Below, one piece after another: positions 1 through 12,293 of a stretch of 28,274 bases of DNA (positions within the stretch are counted from its first letter, which is position 1; each line of letters starts with the position of its first letter). The notes under the pieces were generated by a model. The model made no database searches and was not told the origin of the DNA. It saw only the letters and a program-made list of their open reading frames with translations. Both the position numbers and the translations under genes were made by a program. This stretch comes from Eledone cirrhosa (taxonomy: Eukaryota), in assembly GCA_964016885.1 (NCBI GenBank), contig CAXHJY010000137.1, forward strand, positions 1 to 28,274. The letters run 5' to 3'.

Positions 1-66
1 ATATAGACAGACTGAACAAAAAAAAATGGCGTAGACATACAACACAACAGGAGGAACAATGAATAT

Positions 67-130
67 AACACCACTGACGATGTTGCAGATGTGCAACGAA
101 AGATTTATGTAAACTATATATATATGTGTT
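67..130 (+). ncRNA. Hammerhead ribozyme-like motif in pLTR (atypical stems I/III)
   Basis: CTGACGA(74-80)-T-GTTGCA-gatg-TGCAAC-GAAA(98-101). Core and stem II are clear; stem I/III pairing is imperfect. Confidence 0.6.
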
Positions 131-216
131 TGTCTATATTGTATCTGTATTATTTTTGACCGCCGGTCAGTCAATGGCAACATTGAGGACCGAGTAAGTT
201 AGATCGCAGATATATA

Positions 217-260
217 TATATAAAAGACAGCGAGAAGCGAAAACCAACCAAACAGTGAGT
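217..260 (+). promoter_or_regulatory. Candidate TATA + initiator-like Pol II promoter in pLTR
   Basis: TATATAAAAG at 217-226, CAGT about 30-35 nt downstream (253-256), ATG at 297. Weak because TA runs are everywhere. Confidence 0.35.
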
Positions 261-296
261 GTGTTCTGTTATTAATTCTGGCAATATTACGCAAAT

Positions 297-1567
297 ATGA
301 CCCTCCCCAAATATAACAATATCTGTTTCGACACACGATTTCATATAAAAAACCTCGCAAAACTAATTCATCGCCGCTATGGCATTAGCTTGTGCCAAGC
401 TGAAAGGTTATTGAAAGACACTGTTTTCTGTTATATAAAAACTACAATAACAACAGAACAAATCCGCTTCTTAAACACTGTGTTTCCTCCAAAACATACA
501 CAACAAACATATCAAAACAAGTAAATAATTTATTATTGAACAAAACACAAGCTGAACGGCTAAAACACACAATAACAGTTAATATGAAAAGAACAACATA
601 CACAAAAGTCAACGCACTCTACAGACAAAAACGCATCAACGGTAAGGAAATCCGAAATCTCATCACAGCAAACGAGAGAGATGACTTCATGAGCGTCATC
701 CGACGCGAAACGAAATATGCTCAAAACGAATGCTGTAGGCATTTCAAGAAGAAATTAGAATGGATGAATAAGAAAAACTACAAGAAAGGAAAATCGAATA
801 TTCTCAAAATACCCAGATAACATCGACAACATCCGTATGAGTGATGTAAAACTACCGGAAGAATTTACCAATGACCACACAGTAAATATCTATGGGAACA
901 CTTTAATCAGTGAACAAGAACAACAAATCCTAAAGTTACCACCAAAATTTGCCATCTACAAAAAGATTAATCCTATGGAATGCAAAACGGAGCTGGAAAA
1001 GTGTTTCACAAAAATACGTTGGAATGCAAAGGTAAACAACAACAACAATAATAACGGTAGTAGTAATATAAACAATAACTCTGGGTATAGAAATAACAGC
1101 CATAACCATAACAATGGCAGGAAAGTGAGAAATAGTGATAATGGTAATAATACTAGCGATAGACAGAACAACAACAACCACAATAATAATAATAATAGAA
1201 ACGTTAACCACAGACACAGCAACAGTGACCACAGTAGTAATAACGGTAACAATACGAACAACAACAACAACAATAACCACAAGTGGTAATAATGGAAATA
1301 GTACATGTAGCAACATCAACAAAAACAAGAAACATAATAATAGTAACAACCACAATGGTAGAAATAGCAGTAACAACAACAACAATAACGGTGAAGTAAA
1401 CAACAATACATCTAGCAATCATAACAATAATAATATTAATGCTAAGGATAGAAACAACAACAACCACCATGATAACAATAATAGCAACACACACAACTAT
1501 GACGATAGAAATAACGACAACCCCTTAGAGAAACTATTTTTTCAACCCAGCTGACAAAACATATAAG
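297..1567 (+). pseudogene. N-terminal part of the same PLE ORF, broken by four 1-nt frameshifts
   Basis: Fragments 297-524, 536-820, 837-1289 and 1135-1554 join with single-base indels near 477, 810, 1282 and 1540 into about 1,200 aa. The join contains the PLE-type IRFLxxC and ISEQEQQILKLPPKF motifs and an Asn-rich tract. The indels may be sequencing errors. Confidence 0.75.
1034..1521 (+). repeat. Cryptic AAC/AAT low-complexity tract encoding an Asn-rich insert
   Basis: About 160 codons dominated by AAC/AAT/AGT/CAC between the N-terminal domain and RT. Confidence 0.9.
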
Positions 1568-3928
1568 ATGGGTAATATCTATCCTACGAGGTTACCCTTT
1601 AATAAAAGAGTTTGCATACCACAACAAATAGATGACGAGACGGAGGCACAGTTCACCATAGCTAGAAATAAGATTAGACAAGTAGTAGACAGGTACACTA
1701 TGAGACAGAGCAGACCAGAGGCCCAACAACTTGGGATAAAACCTGTAGAAGGCTTGGTTAGCCTCAAGCAGCGCACAAGGGATGGTGAGGTAGTGTGTCT
1801 ACCCACAGATAAGTCTGGTAGGATGTCAATAGATAGCATGCCGAACTACATCGAGGCAATGCAACCCCACATCACCAACACGAGCGAAGTTGCACAACTA
1901 ACACACGATGGGAGAGAAAAAATCCTCAACGCTCACATGATGATGTGGACTGACATCCTAAAGCCAAGCAGACGCACTGCCAACAACTTCCAGGCATCTA
2001 ACAATGGCATACCACCCTTGTATGGGCTCCGCAAAGACCACAAGACAGTCGACGACCCGACAATAGGACCACCAACAAGACCTGTATGCGGAGCTAATAT
2101 AGCTAGCAACTACAGGATCTCCTACTTCCTCTCAATGGTTATGCGCCCCATAATCAAGATGTCCCCAGATGTATGTGAAAGTACAGAGGACCTCCTCAGC
2201 AGAATCAGTGAGTGCAACAAAAACAGGAGCCTATCCAACTGCATAATAGGCAGCATGGATGTGGTGTCACTGTACCCATCCATTAACATTGATTTTGCTG
2301 TGAAAAGATGTGTGGAGATGATCATTGAGAGTGAGGTGGAGTTCTGCGACGTCGACACAGACGAACTGGGCCTCCTACTTAGACTTACCTACGACACTGA
2401 CTACCTAGACAGCCATGACCTTAGATGTTTCTGCCCTAGTAGACCTATAAGAGGTAGACCCCCCACCATAACCTCAATGGCTAAAAAGACTCCCATAGGA
2501 AGGTGGATTGGGTGGACCAAAGCTATACGGACCCCCCAAAACACTGATCAGGTAAGAAAAATGGTCGCACATGCAATAGGGGCTAGTATCAAAACTACCC
2601 TAAAGGGCCACATATTTAAGTTCAATGAGAAAATCTACACCCAAAATGAGGGAGCAGCCATCGGCGTCAGCATAGCTGGCGATGTTGCCAACCTTTTCAT
2701 GGTATGGTGGGAAAGGAGACTTAAAGATCTCCTTAATGAAAGCTCCATAGACCTCATCATGTACTCTCGTTATGTAGACGATATCAATATAGTTATAAGA
2801 ACACCCCCACTAGAGAGCACTAACAAGTTTGATTTAGAACGTAGCACGATGGAAAGCATCCAGCAGATAGCTAATTCCATACACCAGAGTATAACTGTAA
2901 CTATAGACTTCCCTTCCAAACACCCTAACAATAGACTACCTGTATTAGACACAGAACTCTGGATTAACACTATAGACGAGAGAGCCCAAATTCTCCACTC
3001 ACACTATGCTAAACCCATGGCTTCCAAATACCTGATACTCAAGAACTCAGCAATGTCCAGTAGTGCTAAGTTTAATATTCTGATCGCAGATTTGGTACGA
3101 GTGATGAAGAATGTGTCCAGCATGTGCGACCCAACAGAAATGGAAGGACACATCCAACACTTCATCAACCGCATGCAGTTCTCTGGCTACAACCAAAGAG
3201 ACAGAGTCAGAGTATACGAAGGAGCCATGGAAAAGTATAAGACCCTCATAGAACTGGACATGAAAGGAATTTGCCCACTATACAGGAGCAAATCATGGAA
3301 TAGCTTAGATAGGGCTAGACATAAGATAGGGAAGGCCACATCATGGTACGACAACCAGAGATATCAGAGTGTCATGTTTGTGGACGCCACCCCTGGAGGG
3401 AAATTAGCTAACCAGTGTAGAAAGGCCCTGAGAAAGACCCACTTAAAAATAAAGGTGGTAGAAAAGCCAGGAACCACCATAAAATCCCTGATCAGCAAAA
3501 CCTACCCTTTTAAGAAAACCCACTGTACCAATAGGAAATGTATCATATGTAAGGTGAACCCCCGGATAAACTGTAAAACTAGAAACGTAGTCTATAGCAT
3601 AAGATGTACAGAGGGTACTTGCAGAAACACGACAACAACATACATAGGTGAGACAGCTCGTAGCATAGGTGAAAGGATAGACCAACACTGGGGGGAACTA
3701 AAAGGACGAAAAAACGGGTCAGTACTATACGAACATGCTAGACAACATCATGACGGTAACATAGACAACATAGAAATTAGAATAATATCTAAACATAGGA
3801 ATGACCCAGCAGATAGGCAAATCAGAGAGGCCAGTGAAATAGAAATTAGAAGACCAAAGCTAAACAGAAAGAATGAGTGGAACAACAACAACACCCAAAC
3901 AAACAACACTGACCTAAGAGAAGTATAA
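1568..3928 (+). CDS. PLE reverse transcriptase + GIY-YIG endonuclease (C-terminal 786 aa of the ORF)
   Basis: RT motifs PTDKSG, LYGLRKDHK, RPV, SMDVVSLYPSI, QNEGAAIG, YSRYVDD, LPVLD; Cys linker CTNRKCIIC; EN motifs NVVYSIRC..C..YIGETARSIGERIDQH..EH..E..LN. No internal stops. Confidence 0.93.
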   Translation: MGNIYPTRLPFNKRVCIPQQIDDETEAQFTIARNKIRQVVDRYTMRQSRPEAQQLGIKPVEGLVSLKQRTRDGEVVCLPTDKSGRMSIDSMPNYIEAMQPHITNTSEVAQLTHDGREKILNAHMMMWTDILKPSRRTANNFQASNNGIPPLYGLRKDHKTVDDPTIGPPTRPVCGANIASNYRISYFLSMVMRPIIKMSPDVCESTEDLLSRISECNKNRSLSNCIIGSMDVVSLYPSINIDFAVKRCVEMIIESEVEFCDVDTDELGLLLRLTYDTDYLDSHDLRCFCPSRPIRGRPPTITSMAKKTPIGRWIGWTKAIRTPQNTDQVRKMVAHAIGASIKTTLKGHIFKFNEKIYTQNEGAAIGVSIAGDVANLFMVWWERRLKDLLNESSIDLIMYSRYVDDINIVIRTPPLESTNKFDLERSTMESIQQIANSIHQSITVTIDFPSKHPNNRLPVLDTELWINTIDERAQILHSHYAKPMASKYLILKNSAMSSSAKFNILIADLVRVMKNVSSMCDPTEMEGHIQHFINRMQFSGYNQRDRVRVYEGAMEKYKTLIELDMKGICPLYRSKSWNSLDRARHKIGKATSWYDNQRYQSVMFVDATPGGKLANQCRKALRKTHLKIKVVEKPGTTIKSLISKTYPFKKTHCTNRKCIICKVNPRINCKTRNVVYSIRCTEGTCRNTTTTYIGETARSIGERIDQHWGELKGRKNGSVLYEHARQHHDGNIDNIEIRIISKHRNDPADRQIREASEIEIRRPKLNRKNEWNNNNTQTNNTDLREV

Positions 3929-4132
3929 ATAAATAAGTAAATTAAATTAAATAAAATAAGATAAATAAATACATACACAGGCACATAAACACACACTAGT
4001 CACCCAGCAGACACAACACTATACTCACTAGTCACACATCACACATAACACTATACATACACGCAAACGCATGCGCAAAGAAGACAAAATAAAATAAGAT
4101 AAACAAACAAGCAAATAAATAAATAAATAAAT

Positions 4133-4513
4133 ATATAGACAGACTGAACAAAAAAAAATGGCGTAGACATACAACACAACAGGAGGAACAATGAATATAA
4201 CACCACTGACGATGTTGCAGATGTGCAACGAAAGATTTATGTAAACTATATATATATGTGTTTGTCTATATTGTATCTGTATTATTTTTGACCGCCGGTC
4301 AGTCAATGGCAACATTGAGGACCGAGTAAGTTAGATCGCAGATATATATATATAAAAGACAGCGAGAAGCGAAAACCAACCAAACAGTGAGTGTGTTCTG
4401 TTATTAATTCTGGCAATATTACGCAAATATGACCCTCCCCAAATATAACAATATCTGTTTCGACACACGATTTCATATAAAAAACCTCGCAAAACTAATT
4501 CATCGCCGCTATG
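4133..4513 (+). repeat. PLE pseudo-LTR, downstream copy with ORF-start tail
   Basis: Identical to 1-381; ends at ...CGCCGCTATG then (TA)n. Confidence 0.95.
4199..4262 (+). ncRNA. Second copy of the pLTR hammerhead-like motif
   Basis: CTGACGA at 4206-4212, identical to the first copy. Confidence 0.6.
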
Positions 4514-4625
<112 letters not shown>

Positions 4626-4630
4626 TGTAT

Positions 4631-4662
<32 letters not shown>

Positions 4663-4683
4663 TTATATATATATATGTATATA

Positions 4684-4976
4684 CGTTTTTGGTATGCCTG
4701 ACCGATTTAACTCACTCAATATGCAAATTAGGCTGCTCAGCCGTTAATTTTCATAAGGAAAGTATATACTTTCGAACATTCAACTATCTGGCAGATGGGT
4801 AAACGGTACTGATGATAGCTAACAAGCTTGAAACTAGTACATCGTTCCTGTGTCAGTGTTGAACAAAAAGGTGACGTGGTTGCCTTAACACCGTATGGCA
4901 TAAATTCAGGCTGTTCAGTTTGTTTACAAACGAACAAAGCGACGTTATAATAAGCGCCGCTAAACTGATACGTGCA
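4684..4976 (+). mobile_element. Probable solo pLTR or fragment of a third PLE family
   Basis: About 290-bp unique island between TA arrays carrying a PLE-type hammerhead; no ORF. Confidence 0.5.
4802..4846 (+). ncRNA. Minimal type I hammerhead ribozyme motif in an orphan island
   Basis: AACGGTA-CTGATGA(4809-4815)-T-AGCT-aaca-AGCT-T-GAAA-C-TA-GTA-CATCGTT; palindromic stem III ACTAGT; first stem I pair is an A.C mismatch. Confidence 0.7.
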
Positions 4977-6690
<1,714 letters not shown>

Positions 6691-7322
6691 GTAATAATAA
6701 TAAAATTGAAGACTAAAATCCAAAGAGGGCTCGATAAGGAAAATATATATCAAATATATAAGAACCGTAGAGCAAATATTTATTAAAATAACAGATTAAA
6801 GTTTAAGCAAAGAATCGCTGCTTTCACCCTTAACGGGATCTACTGAAACTTACAAAGTCAATCTGTAAACGCAGAACTGGATATTTAAAAAAACGTTGCA
6901 ACCGGAGGAAGACAGGAAGACGATATTTTGGTTCGTGGTAACGTTCGCTGGCAAAGAACGGGAAAAAACGAATAATACGTAATTAATAGGAGCGGTGAAA
7001 AAAAATTACGCGCAAAGACAAAACCACGTTTATGGTATAAAAGAGGTCGTAGACTAATGTTCTCTTAGGTGGTGCATAGAGACGTTCTCTGGCAATGAAC
7101 GAAAAAACGAAGATAATAAGTCATATGTGGAGCGTGGAGAACAATAGCGCGCAAAGACATTAGCACGTAAATGGTATAGCAGAAATCGTAGACTAAAATT
7201 CTAACTAGGAGACCAAATAAATCTCCGCTACAGAGTTAAGAACAAAGTAAATAAATACAATACAGAAGTAATAGGAACAGCGATTCTTTGCTTAAACTTT
7301 AATCTGTTATTTTAATAAATAT
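6691..7322 (-). mobile_element. Non-coding element with 45-bp inverted repeats (PLE remnant or MITE)
   Basis: 6776-6820 is the exact reverse complement of 7278-7322; internal diverged tandem duplication 6941-7069 / 7082-7209. The strand is inferred. Confidence 0.6.
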
Positions 7323-7334
7323 ATATATGTATAT

Positions 7335-7368
<34 letters not shown>

Positions 7369-7477
7369 GTGTATATATATGTATATATATATGTATATAT
7401 ATGTGTATATATATATATATATGTGTATATATATGTATATATATGTGTATATATATATATGTGTATATATATGTATA

Positions 7478-7544
<67 letters not shown>

Positions 7545-7557
7545 GTATATATGTATG

Positions 7558-7622
<65 letters not shown>

Positions 7623-7735
7623 GTATATGTATATATATGTATATGTATATATATGTATATATATATATATATGTATATATATGTATATATATATATATAT
7701 GTATATATATGTATATATATGTATATATATGTATA

Positions 7736-7786
<51 letters not shown>

Positions 7787-7797
7787 GTATATATATG

Positions 7798-7830
<33 letters not shown>

Positions 7831-7938
7831 GTATATATATATATACCTGTCTCATGGTCGGGTCGTTGGCGACTAAACTGGCAACCCCACCAAGGTTTCT
7901 TGGTGAGGAGGGTGACATATATATATATATATATATAT

Positions 7939-7972
<34 letters not shown>

Positions 7973-7987
7973 ATGTATATATGTATG

Positions 7988-8022
<35 letters not shown>

Positions 8023-8181
8023 ATATATATATGTATATGTATGTATATGTATATATATATATATATATATATGTGTATATATATATGTATATATATGTAT
8101 ATGTATATATATGTATATATATATATATATGTATATATATGTATATATATGTATATATATGTATATATATGTATATATATG

Positions 8182-8212
<31 letters not shown>

Positions 8213-8213
8213 G

Positions 8214-8244
<31 letters not shown>

Positions 8245-8245
8245 G

Positions 8246-8280
<35 letters not shown>

Positions 8281-8347
8281 GTATATATATGTATATATAT
8301 GTATATATATGTATATATATATATATGTATATATATGTATATATATG

Positions 8348-8380
<33 letters not shown>

Positions 8381-8395
8381 GTATATATATATATA
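7323..8395. repeat. (TA)n/TG microsatellite interrupted by a 71-bp island
   Basis: Directly visible; island at 7846-7916. Confidence 0.97.
7846..7916 (+). repeat. Exact duplicate of the first 71 bp of the downstream RTE-like element
   Basis: Identical to 8396-8466. Confidence 0.95.
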
Positions 8396-8958
8396 CCTGT
8401 CTCATGGTCGGGTCGTTGGCGACTAAACTGGCAACCCCACCAAGGTTTCTTGGTGAGGAGGGTGACTTTGGACATCCTGCAGGACTAAAAACAAAACCTG
8501 TCAAAGGGCAAAGGAGCTCTTAAGAGTCAATGGCCATCCAAAATCACCGGGAGAGATGACCCCTTAGCCTTTGTCAAGGCAGAATTCTAGGAGAAGGAAA
8601 ACTCTGATATAACACCTGCAACCCTGATGGTATCCAATGATGTTGACTTGTTCTTCTTTTTGGTAAATATCATCTTGGTTAAGAGAGTGGGACTGGCTTT
8701 GTGCAGTGCCTTTGCTCACTATAAAAGCTTCATGGCACAGGCATTGCTTTATATCTGGAGATCTCTCTGCACTTGTCCTCACATGGTACCATGGGCCCAG
8801 CACTATGTGTCAATAATTGTCACAAGTGTAGTGTTTGTACCGGAGTTTTCAATACGCTGGCTGGACTAAAAAGTCACACTCGTTCAGCGCATCGGTAGGG
8901 GTTCTCCTACATGGATATAAAGTAGTGGCCGTACTCGAAAACGAGTTGGCAGCCACCA
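8396..8958 (+). mobile_element. Non-autonomous, internally deleted RTE-clade LINE derivative
   Basis: 5' part has the RTE 5'UTR-like motif CTAGGAGAAGGAAAACTCTGA (recognised from memory). 3' part encodes [22 protein letters not shown] (C2H2, as at RTE ORF ends), then a short UTR with hairpin CTCG-AAAA-CGAG. No RT or EN. Confidence 0.65.
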
Positions 8959-10707
<1,749 letters not shown>

Positions 10708-10866
10708 GTATTAGTTATACTATTTATGGTTATGTAAACACAAAACCTTAAGCAGTTGTAAGTATTTTACACACCCTAAATAGTGGTAGGCAGTAATGTA
10801 TTACTACCTTATTACCAGTAAGTTAAGTAGCTCAATGTAAAAACATCAGATGATTTACAGAGCAGT

Positions 10867-11178
10867 TATATGAAATATAAGAATCAAAGAACTGTTCAAA
10901 ACATTATTGTGCTTACAGCTGTTTCCTCCAAACCGAGGTTTGGATTCTTCGGAGCAATTTATTAATGCATGGACAGTTATATGACCTCCTTTTCAGCCGA
11001 GAGACATACCAATACATATTCAAACATTGATACATATTCAAACATTGTGGGTCAACATTCATTACAGAATTTAGAGTGGCAGTACACACTTCGAGATTAC
11101 ATTTATATTAATAGGTACAATCAAAAATCAAAGATATAGGTTAAAGTACAACATGAAGATAAGTGGTTATATAGTGCA
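10867..11178. repeat. Left arm of 312-bp inverted repeat (pLTR)
   Basis: Reverse complement of 13949-14260 with no mismatch seen; contains an 18-bp tandem duplication at 11012-11047. Confidence 0.95.
10910..10956 (-). ncRNA. Same hammerhead in element-sense orientation
   Basis: Exact reverse complement of 14171-14217. Confidence 0.8.
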
Positions 11179-12293
11179 AATGTTATATGTGTGGCACGCA
11201 TGTGCGTCTTGTTTATATAGTGTGGCAGAGAGATATGTGTGGTAGAGGCACTTAGGTAGGTAAATAAGAGTGTTAGGTTGGTAGATCTGGTGGCAAAGTC
11301 TTTATATGATTGATATAGTCTGTGTGTGGAGAAATATTATAAGCATTAAAGATAGTGCAAGCATTAAAAGTGGTATAAGTATTGGAGATGCACAGCGCAG
11401 GGATGTCAAGTAATTCATGTACTTCGGCATTTTCATGGTCAAGGGAGTGTATATTTCGATTATATGCCTTTCACATAATCCACGACAATCCAGTTAGAGA
11501 TCGTAGTCTGGTGTTCTTTAGTTCGATACAGGAGGTTGTTACGTTTCGAGAAACGCCATTGAATACCGGAAGTGTGTGTGTGGCTAAGGGGAGTTAATGT
11601 ATGCGGGGAGGTAACTCTGGGGTTTCTATATCTAGCCATTAAAATGTGTCCCAATATAGACCCTAAATTCTATGGTGAGGTGCACCTTCCAAGAGAGACT
11701 TTTAAAGCATAAAGTGTACTAACTATAGAGTAGTTTAACTAAATTATGCTGAAGGTGATCATATTATTATTAAGGTGGATTAACCCATCTTAAGGTGCTA
11801 CAAATGGAAATTATAGATGATGAGCGAAGATTCTAAATTAATGATCTCTGTGGTTGTAGTCTGCTCATATGACCAGGCGCGGTGATTGCAGGATTGCTTC
11901 AGGACCCAATGATCTCTGGTAAGATCTGGGTCATCGCTTGCTACATTGGATGTCGAAAGATAATCGTCCCAGGCAGGCCAAAGGTCAATCCGCAGTCCTC
12001 GCGACCCCTCTCTGACCGTCAGATCATCCATATACGTACAACCCGCACGGCAGTTGCATTGCCCGGTCCTACTGGTCAACAGCGCTACTCGATTAAATCA
12101 TTTTACATCTGTCTAAGGAAGGTGTTTCCTCTGCCCAACACCATCCAACCGATCAATTCATGCTCAAATTACCCTTAGAGCGGTGTAGTGCCGTCCAAGT
12201 GGGTGGATGTTGTCACACCTGCCGTAGAGGTATAAAAGGGTATTTTCCCTGCGAAGGATTCCAGAGGGATGTCGTTGTTTGTGTTATAATGGA

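Larger units (their letters stand above)
1..381 (+). repeat. PLE pseudo-LTR, upstream copy
   Basis: Identical by eye to 4133-4513 (offset 4132). Confidence 0.95.
1..4513 (+). mobile_element. Penelope-like retroelement (EN+, Neptune/Nematis-like; clade unresolved), near full length
   Basis: RT + C-terminal GIY-YIG ORF flanked by an identical direct repeat (1-381 = 4133-4513) whose 3' copy runs into the first 28 codons of the ORF, which is the pLTR/partial-tandem structure of PLEs. The 3' end abuts (TA)n. The left end is cut by the window. Confidence 0.93.

Noticed and set aside
936-1494. Hydrophobic Leu/Val-rich minus-strand ORFs
   Set aside because: Antisense shadow of the AAC/AAT tract.
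1-4513. LTR retrotransposon
   Set aside because: No TG..CA ends, PBS, gag, protease or integrase; the RT and GIY-YIG are PLE-type.
8627-8869. 80-aa hydrophobic ORF in the RTE derivative
   Set aside because: No recognisable motif; the informative frame is the C2H2 one.
11895-11940. SECIS or box C/D-like motif (minus strand ATGA...CTGA hairpin) implying selenocysteine read-through
   Set aside because: No apical AA at the right distance, the GA quartet is out of register, and no TGA replaces a conserved Cys in either PLE ORF.
12231-12240. TATAAAAGGG antisense promoter
   Set aside because: A single short motif with no supporting elements.
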